A stretch of 60,619 bases of DNA, the filler included. It is 3 parts of 3 records of this genome, joined end to end, with 100 filler letters (N's around TTAATTAATTAA, not from the genome) between each part and the next. Parts side by side here need not be neighbours in the genome. Positions count along the whole stretch, not along the records: positions 1 to 28,512 come from SRR31156797_2146; 2 more parts are not named here. One strand, given 5' to 3'. The notes beneath the pieces were generated by a model that had not been told where the DNA came from, made no database searches, and saw nothing but the letters and a program-made list of their open reading frames with translations. Position numbers and translations under genes: made by a program. Shown piece by piece: positions 1-8,870 of the stretch (positions are counted from its first letter, which is position 1; each line of letters opens with the position of its first letter).

Positions 1-76
1 TAAAAAGTTTTGAAGGGATGGGGTCTGGGGAAGAGGAACTTTTCCCAAAAGTTCCCCTTCCCCAACCGCCGGAGGC
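1..76. repeat. Palindromic extragenic element (18-bp stem, 3-nt loop) downstream of hcp
   Basis: TGGGGAAGAGGAACTTTT (26-43) / CCC / AAAAGTTCCCCTTCCCCA (47-64) with one mismatch, followed by CCGCCGGAGGCA; may be truncated by the window start. Confidence 0.6.
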
Positions 77-78
77 AA

Positions 79-1680
79 TTAACCGAGAATTGCCTTAAGA
101 TCTTCTTCAGGGGTGCTGATAGGCATAATGTTGAAATTTTCAACGAGGAAGTTCAGCACGTTAGGTGTGATGAAAGCGGGAAGACTGGGTCCGAGGCGAA
201 TATCCTTGATGCCGAGGTGCAGCAATGTCAGCAGGATAGATACTGCTTTCTGCTCGTACCAGGACAGAATCATGGACAAAGGCAGGTCGTTGACTTCGCA
301 CTCGAATGCGCCGGCAAGAGCTACTGCAATCTGGATTGCAGAATAGGCATCGTTACACTGACCGATATCGAGCAGACGAGGGATACCACCGATATCGCCG
401 AGCTGCTTGTCGAAGAAACGGAACTTACCGCAAGCAAGGGTAAGAATAACGGTATCTTTAGGAGCCTGTTCTACGAACTCAGTGTAGTAGTTACGACCGG
501 GCTTGGCACCGTCACAACCGCCGACGAGGAAGAAATGCTTGATAGCACCAGCCTTCACGCCTTCGATTACCTTGTCAGCTACGCCGAGCACAGCGTTGCG
601 TGCGAAACCGCAAAGGACGGCACCGTTGTCGGTATCAGCTGTGAAACCGGGCAGCTCTTTTGCTTTTGCAATTACTGCTGCGAAATCACCGTTGGCAACA
701 TGGGTAACTCCGGGCCAGCCCACGAGACCGGTGGTGTAGATGTTGCCCTTGTAACTTTCAACAGGCTTCTGGATGCAGTTGGTGGTCATAAGGATAGCAC
801 CGGGAAATGCTGCGAATTCCTTAGCCTGATTCTGCCAGGCAGTACCGTAATGCCCGTAAAAATGGTCGAACTTCTTCAGTTCAGGATAACCGTGACAGGG
901 CAGCATTTCACCATGGGTGTAAATATTGATGCCTGTGCCTTCGGTCTGCTCAAGAAGCTGGCGAAGATCTTTAAGGTCATGACCGGAAACAAGAATCGCT
1001 TTACCGGCTTTTGCGCCAAGAGGGACTTCAGTCGGAACAGGATGGCCGTAAGAGCCGGTGTTACCTGCATCAAGAAGTTCCATGGCTTTCAGGTTCATTG
1101 CGCCGCACTGCATTGCGAGCCCGACCAGCTCTTCCATGCCGAGAGTCTGAGAAACTGCTGCTAGAGCTTCATGAATCTGAGCATAAAGATCATCATCTTC
1201 CTGCCCAAGAATGGCTGCGTGATCGACGTACGCGGAAACACCTTTAAGACCGTATACAAGAATCTGCTTCAGGGAGCGGAGATCTTCGTTTTCGTCAAAA
1301 GAAGTAACGGGGAAAGCTTCGCCCTGCTTGCTGAGTTCTGCTGCAGACCCTGCAATGGAGGTAAAAGAACCGCAATCAGCACTTACCTTTCCGGCAAGCT
1401 CGTCACGGGCTGCGGCAACCTTTTTAATAAGCGGTACGAATCTTTCATCGTCAAAATTGACATTAGTAAGGGTAGAGAAAACAGCTTCAGCAGTCAGGCG
1501 GTTGGTTTCAGCTGAAACGGCAACGCCTTCTTTACGTGCTGCGGTAGCTGCTGTTCCAAGCTCGACACAGAGCTGAACAAGAAGATCCTGAATGGCGGAA
1601 ACTTCATCAGTCTTACCACATACACCCTTCACGGTGCAGCCCTGTCCTTTCGCTGTCTGTTCACACTGGTTGCAAAACAT
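79..1680 (-). CDS. hcp: Hybrid cluster protein (hydroxylamine/NO reductase, prismane)
   Basis: N-terminal MFCNQCEQTAKGQGCTVKGVCGK (Cx2Cx8Cx5C), YTHGEMLPCHGYP, GGCDG, DIGQCNDAY, LSWYEQKAV; AAGGAG 6 nt before ATG 1680; the ORF extends in frame to ATG 1773. Confidence 0.97.
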   Translation of the reverse strand: MFCNQCEQTAKGQGCTVKGVCGKTDEVSAIQDLLVQLCVELGTAATAARKEGVAVSAETNRLTAEAVFSTLTNVNFDDERFVPLIKKVAAARDELAGKVSADCGSFTSIAGSAAELSKQGEAFPVTSFDENEDLRSLKQILVYGLKGVSAYVDHAAILGQEDDDLYAQIHEALAAVSQTLGMEELVGLAMQCGAMNLKAMELLDAGNTGSYGHPVPTEVPLGAKAGKAILVSGHDLKDLRQLLEQTEGTGINIYTHGEMLPCHGYPELKKFDHFYGHYGTAWQNQAKEFAAFPGAILMTTNCIQKPVESYKGNIYTTGLVGWPGVTHVANGDFAAVIAKAKELPGFTADTDNGAVLCGFARNAVLGVADKVIEGVKAGAIKHFFLVGGCDGAKPGRNYYTEFVEQAPKDTVILTLACGKFRFFDKQLGDIGGIPRLLDIGQCNDAYSAIQIAVALAGAFECEVNDLPLSMILSWYEQKAVSILLTLLHLGIKDIRLGPSLPAFITPNVLNFLVENFNIMPISTPEEDLKAILG

Positions 1681-1751
1681 TCTAAACTCCTTTTCAGGTA
1701 ATTGGTTTTCTACTTCTTCACTACCGAATATCGAAGTAACCTTTTGAAGTA

Positions 1752-1767
1752 TTTGATTCAGATCAAA
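1752..1767. promoter_or_regulatory. FNR/HcpR-type box TTTGAT-TCAG-ATCAAA
   Basis: Perfect TTGAT-N4-ATCAA palindrome upstream of hcp ATG 1680; a Crp/Fnr regulator lies in the same cluster. Confidence 0.8.
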
Positions 1768-1814
1768 AGCCATGATTTCTCTCCCTTCTCGTTAAATATC
1801 ATTTAAATGTTTAA

Positions 1815-1852
1815 CCTGAGGCGGTGACCATCTGCGGTCACCCGCCTTCAGG
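1815..1852 (-). other. GC-rich hairpin in the hcp leader
   Basis: CCTGAGGCGGTGACC / GGTCACCCGCCTTCAGG imperfect inverted repeat. Confidence 0.5.
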
Positions 1853-1903
1853 ATTGATTTCTCATTCGTTGAGTCCAAACTAGGAAAACAACGGTTAAAA
1901 GTA

Positions 1904-1919
1904 TTTGATTCAGGTCAAG
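1904..1919. promoter_or_regulatory. Second FNR/HcpR-type box TTGA-N6-TCAA
   Basis: TTTGATTCAGGTCAAG; a -10-like TAGTTT on the minus strand at 1882-1877 gives class II activator spacing. Confidence 0.7.
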
Positions 1920-1941
1920 GGAGACCTTTTTTTATAACTTT

Positions 1942-2133
1942 TTAATCTTCCCAATGAATACAGTTGGTCGGGCAAAGCTCCATAGCAGCTTCCACTTCAG
2001 ACTCATCGGCCCCTTCGGGATTCTGCACCTGAGCTAGATCACAGGCACCCATTACAAATACACCAGGGCAGACTTCTACACATGCTTCACAACCGACACA
2101 TTCATCAACATCCACAACTACAGTACGAGTCAT
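1942..2133 (-). CDS. Single-cluster [4Fe-4S] ferredoxin (63 aa)
   Basis: CVGCEACVEVCP...CPTNCI motif; AGGAG before ATG 2133. Confidence 0.92.
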   Translation of the reverse strand: MTRTVVVDVDECVGCEACVEVCPGVFVMGACDLAQVQNPEGADESEVEAAMELCPTNCIHWED

Positions 2134-2231
2134 ATTTTTTCTCCTATTCCAAATAAGAAAAATCAGACGGTTCGGGTAAGAAATTAACACACTCACAGAA
2201 CTTGCGAAACTACTTTTGCAACTAACAAACA

Positions 2232-2266
2232 AAAACACTATTAAGAATAGTTCTTAATAGTGTTTT
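2232..2266. terminator. Perfect 16-bp AT-rich inverted repeat (terminator or operator)
   Basis: AAAACACTATTAAGAA-TAG-TTCTTAATAGTGTTTT between the membrane Fe-S gene and the ferredoxin. Confidence 0.55.
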
Positions 2267-2299
2267 GTAAATTATAAACCTTGAATTAAATGAAATTAA

Positions 2300-3607
2300 T
2301 TAGATACGGGCAACGCCCATAAACAAAGAGTGCAATGAAATAACCATGACTAGAAAGATCAAACGAGCCGTTTTCAGACTAACGAAGGGCAAACGGTAAC
2401 CGAGACTGGAACTGGAACAGCTTGAAATACAATCTCCGCAGAGCGTGCAGGAAATCCCGGGTCGTCCGGCCTCAATATCTTCAGGCTTAAGAGCATTGTA
2501 GCGGCAACTCCTGCTGCATTTCATGCATTTACAGCAATCAGCTGAAATCTTCATTCGCCATGGAGATAGGCGACCCAACAAATTAGAAACTATACCCATG
2601 GGGCAAAAGGCCGTGCAATGAACCATCATACCCATGCCCCGGGAAAACCAGAGCATGACCACGATGCCAAGCAGACCGAACAAGGCAGCACTCCAGACAG
2701 CAAATACAGCTGAAACACCTGCCGCACGCAATCCCCACGCCGCACCGACCACCAATACCAGCAAAATCAACCGCAGCCATATCAGCCAGGAATTGAAATT
2801 ACGTGAAGGCTTAAGACTTCCAATGCGGCTGCACTGATCATCCCATGCACCGATATAACAGAGATGGCTGCACCATGCCGGACCAACCAGCAGCACCGAG
2901 AAAGTAAAAAGGATAGGCATGAAAAAACCGGAACCGCGATAGACAGGTCCTGCAGCAATTAACGCTGGAACGGGTAAATGCAATTTTCCGGTCATCAGGA
3001 GTTGCTCTATTCCGGCAAGCCCAAGAGCAAACTGTCCGAAAAAGACTAGGGAGAAAAACGCCCAGATGCGCGGACGCATAGCCTTAGCTTCTTCCGGGCT
3101 AAACATTTTCCCACCGAGCCATGAAGCGTAGAAGGCCAAAAGAAAAATCTCCGCCCTGCCCCAACCGGGGAAAAAGCGGTCAGCAAGAAGGATGGGGAAG
3201 GAGACTTTGCTGCGGGTGATTTCCAGCAGCAACGCTGTCAGCAGAAAAATAATCGCCCTGACCCAGCCCTGCTCTTTGCCCCGGCAGAAACGCTCCCGTC
3301 CGGCAGGAGAAAAGCAGTAGGCGGCAGAGAAAATGGTCAAAGCGAACAACGCGCCCATGATCAGAGCCAGCCGAATCCAATCTCCACCAACGCCAATACG
3401 CAGGTTGATCAAACTGGCCCCTTTATCAAGCCAGAGCAAAGAACCGCAGCCAAGCAATATTCCGGCAGCATTCCCTGCCCAACGCTCCCGGATGAAAGCA
3501 ATCCCGGCGGTTCCGATCATAAAGACAGCCAGTCCGCCATCACCGCCACGCAAAGCATGGGCAGCCAAAAACAGATAAGAAAGTGATATTATGAAAAGCC
3601 CGGCCAT
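2300..3607 (-). CDS. Polytopic membrane 4Fe-4S binding protein (NapH/MauN-like)
   Basis: Many TM segments; WCSHLCYIG and HCTAFCPMG motifs; C-terminal CCKCMKCSRSC and CTLCGDCISSC. Confidence 0.85.
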   Translation of the reverse strand: MAGLFIISLSYLFLAAHALRGGDGGLAVFMIGTAGIAFIRERWAGNAAGILLGCGSLLWLDKGASLINLRIGVGGDWIRLALIMGALFALTIFSAAYCFSPAGRERFCRGKEQGWVRAIIFLLTALLLEITRSKVSFPILLADRFFPGWGRAEIFLLAFYASWLGGKMFSPEEAKAMRPRIWAFFSLVFFGQFALGLAGIEQLLMTGKLHLPVPALIAAGPVYRGSGFFMPILFTFSVLLVGPAWCSHLCYIGAWDDQCSRIGSLKPSRNFNSWLIWLRLILLVLVVGAAWGLRAAGVSAVFAVWSAALFGLLGIVVMLWFSRGMGMMVHCTAFCPMGIVSNLLGRLSPWRMKISADCCKCMKCSRSCRYNALKPEDIEAGRPGISCTLCGDCISSCSSSSLGYRLPFVSLKTARLIFLVMVISLHSLFMGVARI

Positions 3608-3631
3608 TTTACCGCCTGATGTTTAAACCGA

Positions 3632-4255
3632 TTAAGGTTCCAACAAAATTTTATCATGACCAACCCGGTCCATAACCCAGCCGAACCGTTTACCGTCCAC
3701 GTAATTATCCATCCAGAGTTTCATACATCTGGAGATCAGATCCAAAGCTTCATCATCGGAATAAACTCCGGTGAGTTCCATACCAAGACGAGGGTGCCGA
3801 CCCAACCTGCCGCCGACCAAAAAACGCCAGCCGCTTCGGGAGCAAGAGATAACTTCCGTAGGACAAACATTGGTGCAATAGCCGCAGACAAGACACTTCT
3901 CCCGGGCTATGACAATCTTGCCGTCAACCATCTCCATAGCCTCGTCTGGACAGTGCTGCACACACTCCTCACATCCGATGCAGCCATCATGATCAATTAC
4001 CGGAACACAGGCTCGAATCAGACCGATATCGGCAATATGGGGGCGTGAACAACCATTGGGGCAGGCTGCAGCGCTTACACTGACCAACTTATGCCTGTTA
4101 ATTTTTTCGCCGAACTTTTGATGCAGGAAATCAGGCCACCCGCTGTCCTCAATTACCTTTTCAAGGCGCGCAGCAAAATCTTCATCAATATATAGTGCGA
4201 AACGGCAACCACCGGCTGTTCCCCGGCAGGTATTTATTACAGATGCTTTATCCAT
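3632..4255 (-). CDS. Small nitrite/sulfite-reductase 4Fe-4S domain protein with 2x[4Fe-4S] ferredoxin insert (AsrC-like)
   Basis: CRGTAGGC...ACPNGCSRPHIADIG, CIGCEECVQHCP, CLVCGYCTNVCP, VGGRLGRHP; AAAGGA before ATG 4255 (alternative start 4273). Confidence 0.8.
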   Translation of the reverse strand: MDKASVINTCRGTAGGCRFALYIDEDFAARLEKVIEDSGWPDFLHQKFGEKINRHKLVSVSAAACPNGCSRPHIADIGLIRACVPVIDHDGCIGCEECVQHCPDEAMEMVDGKIVIAREKCLVCGYCTNVCPTEVISCSRSGWRFLVGGRLGRHPRLGMELTGVYSDDEALDLISRCMKLWMDNYVDGKRFGWVMDRVGHDKILLEP

Positions 4256-4317
4256 ACTGTTTCCTTTCTTCATTTTATCAGTTAGTTAATCGTACAAGAT
4301 ATACTTGGCACAAACCC

Positions 4318-4329
4318 TGACTTAAGTCA
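4318..4329. promoter_or_regulatory. Palindrome TGACTTAAGTCA (TGA-N6-TCA), putative HcpR site in divergent promoter
   Basis: Perfect 12-bp palindrome between the divergent Fe-S gene and the Crp/Fnr gene. Confidence 0.65.
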
Positions 4330-4365
4330 TTTACCGGGCATCATTAATTAAAAAAGAATATTGTA

Positions 4366-5046
4366 ATGAAAAAGACACACGATCTAAATAAAATATCACT
4401 CTTCGCAGGCCTTAGCGCAGAACAGCAGACAAAACTGGAACATATTATTGTTCCCCGTGAATTGAAAAAAGGTGAACAAATTTTCACCGCGGGAAGTGAT
4501 GCTACAGGATTTTATTCTGTAGAGTCCGGGAAAGTCAAAATCTACCGGGAGTCCTTGGCAGGAAAAGAACAAATTATCCATATTTTCGGAGCCGGGGAAA
4601 TTTTTGGAGAAGTGCCTGTCTTTCAGGGGGCGTGCTATCCGGCAAGTGCGGTGACCCTTGCGAAATCCACCCTGCTCTACTTCCCTCGTGACCGCTTTGA
4701 AAAAGTAATCCGCGAAGACCCGGACCTAGCTATGAGCATGCTGGCCCTTCTATCAGGAAGATTGCGTCAGTTAGTCAATCAGGTGGCAGCCCTGAGCCTG
4801 AGTGAAGTACCGGCACGACTGGCAAGTTATCTGCTCCTGCTTAAGTCCACCCAGAATTCCAATATACTGGAACTGGACCTGCCCAAAGGCTTAATCGCCT
4901 CATATCTGGGAACCATCCAGGAAACACTTTCCCGCGTATTCAAAAAGATGAGTGAACAGGAACTTATTAAAGTTGAACGTAAGACAATTGAGATTATTGA
5001 TGAAGCTGCACTGGAATTGATCGCCAGCGGAGAAGAGCAGCTTTAA
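4366..5046 (+). CDS. hcpR: Crp/Fnr-family regulator (HcpR-like)
   Basis: cNMP-binding fold (GKVKIYRES...GEIFGE), HTH IASYLGTIQETLSRVF; adjacent to hcp. Confidence 0.85.
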   Translation: MKKTHDLNKISLFAGLSAEQQTKLEHIIVPRELKKGEQIFTAGSDATGFYSVESGKVKIYRESLAGKEQIIHIFGAGEIFGEVPVFQGACYPASAVTLAKSTLLYFPRDRFEKVIREDPDLAMSMLALLSGRLRQLVNQVAALSLSEVPARLASYLLLLKSTQNSNILELDLPKGLIASYLGTIQETLSRVFKKMSEQELIKVERKTIEIIDEAALELIASGEEQL

Positions 5047-6047
5047 GACTTACATTTATAAAGCTCATCCAAATCCGCACGGGCCTGCTTGACCAGTGTA
5101 GCAATCTGCGGCTTGGAATACTGGCGGTTGGCGCCCACGGCGTCACCTTTATGCAACAGTTCTTCAGTAATCAAGGATGAGAAAAGATAAACGGTCAGGT
5201 CCCGCAGGTTAGGGTCTGCCTTGATTCGCTTAGTCAAGGCATGCCCGTCCATTCCCGGCATCTCAATATCTGAAACAACCAACTGTACGAACTCGGAAAC
5301 ATGCAGTCCGGTTTTGGCTACTTTTGCAGAAATTTCATCAAGAGCGTTCCAAATTTCAAGCCCATTGGGATAAGCATCGACCTCAAACCCGCCCCGATGC
5401 AGTGAGTTTTTCACCAGATTACGCATGGAACGAGAATCATCAGCGCATATAGCCTGATAAACGCACTCCAAAGACTCTTCTACTTCCTCAAGGGCAGCCT
5501 TATCGCGCGCCGGATTAAGATCTTCCATGGCCTGCTCAAGGTCAAGCACCTGCAGGATACGATCAGGATTAGTCAGCTTGACCGTTCCAATGATGGTCCC
5601 TTCTGCATATTTGGCCATATTACCTTGCAGGGATTCAAGCTCACTCCAGCTTATACGATGAATGCGGTTAACCCCGGAGACAAGAAAAGCACTGACAAGT
5701 TCATTAAATTCAGTAACTAACACCATACGCTGATCTTTGGCGACAGGTTCCATACGCAGCCAGCCACTGAGATCAATGAGCGGAATGACAGTCCCCATAA
5801 ATTCAAACATACCCAGCACTAACGGACTCTGGGTATCAACAGAGGACGAAACCCTTGAAACGGAACCATCATGCTTATGGCCGGAAAATTTTTTAAGATC
5901 TGCTTCTCGAACAATTTTCTTTACTTTGGCTACGTTCAGGCCGAAGGACCAGCGTTTGTATGTATCGCCGCTCCCCTCATCAAGATAAAGTTCCAGAAGC
6001 TCAACTTCGTTGGTTCCGGATTCAAGCAGAATTTTACTCCCCGTCAT
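5043..6047 (-). CDS. cheV: Chemotaxis protein CheV (CheW-REC)
   Basis: ILLESGTNEVELLE, FGLNVAKV, REC with DDS and SDIEMPGMDG. Confidence 0.93.
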   Translation of the reverse strand: MTGSKILLESGTNEVELLELYLDEGSGDTYKRWSFGLNVAKVKKIVREADLKKFSGHKHDGSVSRVSSSVDTQSPLVLGMFEFMGTVIPLIDLSGWLRMEPVAKDQRMVLVTEFNELVSAFLVSGVNRIHRISWSELESLQGNMAKYAEGTIIGTVKLTNPDRILQVLDLEQAMEDLNPARDKAALEEVEESLECVYQAICADDSRSMRNLVKNSLHRGGFEVDAYPNGLEIWNALDEISAKVAKTGLHVSEFVQLVVSDIEMPGMDGHALTKRIKADPNLRDLTVYLFSSLITEELLHKGDAVGANRQYSKPQIATLVKQARADLDELYKCKS

Positions 6048-6171
6048 TACTGGCTATCCCCTCAATTCGCTTTAAAAACTTAATCGATTTTTTAAACCTG
6101 ATTCATGAGTTACCGCACCTACGACTTTCAGTCCAGCACTCTCAGTAGAAAAGCACCGAATTGCCATGTAC

Positions 6172-7581
6172 TTAACTTTTAAATTTCTGTTTCAAAGTAC
6201 CCAGCATGCTATTGAAAACAAAATTCCAATCCCCCGGTTTTTTCTGACGGAAGAGAGTCATACTCGGATACCAAAGAGAATCCTTGCGTTTACGCATCCA
6301 GCGCCAGTCAGGATTATAGGGAATCGCAACCCAGACAGGGATATTCAACGCCCCTGCCAGATGAGCAACAGAAGTATCCACAGTAATAATAAGATCCAGC
6401 TGTCCCATTACCTTGGCTGTATCCGCAAAATCCTCACAACCATTACCTAGATCACGGACCAGCATTCCGCAGCCAAATTCATCACGCTGCTTTGTCTCCG
6501 GTCCTTTTTGCAGAGAATAAAGAGTAACACCGGGAATTCCGGCAAAAGGCATAAAGTTCTCAATACTCACCGAGCGATTGTGGTCATTTTTGTGGGTAGG
6601 CTTACCGGCCCAGACAATACCGATCTTAAATTTCGTACCATCCGGGACATGAATGGGAAATCCAGCCTGTGCCGGAGCGGTGATGTAAGGACACTCCCGT
6701 GGAATGGACTTCAAGTCATGTTTTAAAATTCTCGGCAAGCTGATCAATGGGCTCTGCACATCAAATTCCGGCAACTTATCGCCGCCACTGACAATTTCCT
6801 CAATTCCTTCCATCCCTTCCAGCAATGAAACAAGTTCCGGTTGACACTCGAAGACCACTTTCCCCCCGGTTTCAGCCACAAGAGGAAGATAGCGGCAAAA
6901 ATTCAAGGTATCGCCGAACCCCTGCTCCGCATAAATGAAAATCCTTTTCCCATTCAGGGGAGAACCGTCCCAAAGCGGCTGGCGAAAGTGGCGAGGCACC
7001 AGCTCTTCACGCTTCCAGCGATATTCATAAAGCTCAAAACCGTTTATTAAATCTCCTTTAGCCAATAGAGCCAAAGACTTATCCCAGTTAATCCTGTCAT
7101 CGTCAGGTTTGAATTTCAGGCAGTGGTTAAAAAGGCGGATGGATTCGTCCAATTTGCCGAGATCCTGCAAAACCAATCCGAGATTGTAATAAGCATCAAT
7201 AAATTTGCGATCCAGCTCAATTGCCCTGCGGTGACAGCCTACGGATTCCTTAAGCTGTCCCAGCCTGCGCAAGACATTGCCCAGATTACTCCATGCACCG
7301 GGACTGTCCGGTTTAACAGCAAGGGACCTGCGGTAGCATGCTTCAGCAGCCTTGAACTTATCCTGCGCGCGCAGAGCCACCCCAAGATTACCCAAGAGGA
7401 CCGGATCATCAGGCAACTGATTCAGAGCCATGGAATAGAAGGCAATAGCTTCGTCGTAATTACCAGCGGAATGAGCCTTTACCGCATTAATGAAAATTTC
7501 CTTTACCCGTGACGGAACGGTATCAATCCAATCCGGCTCTTTGCCTTCCTTCTTTTTGGAAGCAGGACCTTTTGTGCTCAT
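6172..7581 (-). CDS. TPR-repeat protein with C-terminal glycosyltransferase (GT9-like) domain
   Basis: About five TPRs (AWSNLGNVLRRLG, AYYNLGLVLQDLG), EQGFGDTL, DLIITVDTSVAHLAGAL, DWRW. Confidence 0.88.
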   Translation of the reverse strand: MSTKGPASKKKEGKEPDWIDTVPSRVKEIFINAVKAHSAGNYDEAIAFYSMALNQLPDDPVLLGNLGVALRAQDKFKAAEACYRRSLAVKPDSPGAWSNLGNVLRRLGQLKESVGCHRRAIELDRKFIDAYYNLGLVLQDLGKLDESIRLFNHCLKFKPDDDRINWDKSLALLAKGDLINGFELYEYRWKREELVPRHFRQPLWDGSPLNGKRIFIYAEQGFGDTLNFCRYLPLVAETGGKVVFECQPELVSLLEGMEGIEEIVSGGDKLPEFDVQSPLISLPRILKHDLKSIPRECPYITAPAQAGFPIHVPDGTKFKIGIVWAGKPTHKNDHNRSVSIENFMPFAGIPGVTLYSLQKGPETKQRDEFGCGMLVRDLGNGCEDFADTAKVMGQLDLIITVDTSVAHLAGALNIPVWVAIPYNPDWRWMRKRKDSLWYPSMTLFRQKKPGDWNFVFNSMLGTLKQKFKS

Positions 7582-8870
7582 CGTTCCCTCATGGCATAAC
7601 TCATGGACCCCATAAACGGCTCAAGAATATATTCCATCACAGAACGGGTTCCGATATGAATGCCGGCAATCACACGGATGCCGGGAAAAAGCCTATAATA
7701 ATTTCCGTCATGCTCAAAATAATCCTTATCAGTCACAATACGCACCCTATAAAAGGTCACCCCCCTGTCGGTAGAATCTGCGTCAGGACTGATATTGACA
7801 ACTTTACCGTCGATATTACCAAAGCGGGAGGCATCACTGGAAGCCAGCTTGACCACAGCTTTCTGACCATCTTTAACGTAACCGATATCGCTGATCGGCA
7901 AACGCGCTTCAATGACCAGCTTATCACCGGCCGGAACAACATCCATAATAGTCATCCCGGACCGCACAACCTCGCCCACACTGACCACGTACAGGGTCTT
8001 CACAACCCCATCCACCGGGGAACGAATGATGGTACGGCTCAAGTTATCCTCAAATTTTCTGAGCCTCTGGGAAAGTTCATCAAATTCACGACGTGCTTCC
8101 TGCAAATCCTCGCGCACCGAAGCCAGATAGGAATTCCTGATCTCCCCAATATCAGCCTTGGCCTGCGCCAAAGCAGAACGGGCCTTGGCGAGCTTGGCAG
8201 AATCTTCCTCAATGGAACTTTTAAGTTTCGATTCTTCCTTGAGAAAGCCAAGATGCTTGTAGCGTGAGGTCAACCCGTCTTCCAGCAGTCCGGCACTGAT
8301 TTTAATCTGTTCACGCAAAAGCTTCAGGCTGGTACGGGAGTTGCGCTGTCGGGAACTAATCTGGCGGATATCCTGCTCACGCTGTTTAATCTTTTCCCGC
8401 TCGGAAAGCAGATCACTTTCAACACGGGCCTTGCGAGTTTGAAACAACTTCAGGGACCGCTTGATCAAGGCCGGAAATTTTTCATAAATGTCCTTTGGAT
8501 AATCAGGAGCTTCAAGCCCTTTATCCTCAGCAGACAGACGAGCAATATTAACCCGCAGAGAAGTTACGCGAACCTCAAGCTCATCAACTGTAGAGTCACT
8601 GGCGGTAGCCTCCAGAACAACAAGTTCCTGTCCCTTGGCTACCCTTTCCCCTTCGCGAACATTAATCTTCATGATGATGCCGCCCTCAAGGTGCTGCACG
8701 GGCTTGACTCTTGAACTGGGAATGACCTCTCCTTCGGCCTGACTGACAATATCCAGCTGAAAATAACAGGCCCACCCCACAAAAGCGAGACACATGGCTA
8801 TGCACAGAAAAAGAAAGAAATGGCTGGCCCCCTTTACTTCACCGGAATATTCCGGGCTCAAACTGTTCAT
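7578..8870 (-). CDS. HlyD-family type I secretion periplasmic adaptor
   Basis: N-terminal TM, VQHLEGGII, coiled coil, IRSPVDGVV, ISPDA, RSVMEYILEP. Confidence 0.95.
   Translation of the reverse strand: MNSLSPEYSGEVKGASHFFLFLCIAMCLAFVGWACYFQLDIVSQAEGEVIPSSRVKPVQHLEGGIIMKINVREGERVAKGQELVVLEATASDSTVDELEVRVTSLRVNIARLSAEDKGLEAPDYPKDIYEKFPALIKRSLKLFQTRKARVESDLLSEREKIKQREQDIRQISSRQRNSRTSLKLLREQIKISAGLLEDGLTSRYKHLGFLKEESKLKSSIEEDSAKLAKARSALAQAKADIGEIRNSYLASVREDLQEARREFDELSQRLRKFEDNLSRTIIRSPVDGVVKTLYVVSVGEVVRSGMTIMDVVPAGDKLVIEARLPISDIGYVKDGQKAVVKLASSDASRFGNIDGKVVNISPDADSTDRGVTFYRVRIVTDKDYFEHDGNYYRLFPGIRVIAGIHIGTRSVMEYILEPFMGSMSYAMRER

Noticed and set aside
10-1164. 384-aa plus-strand ORF
   Set aside because: Antisense shadow of hcp with no recognisable motifs
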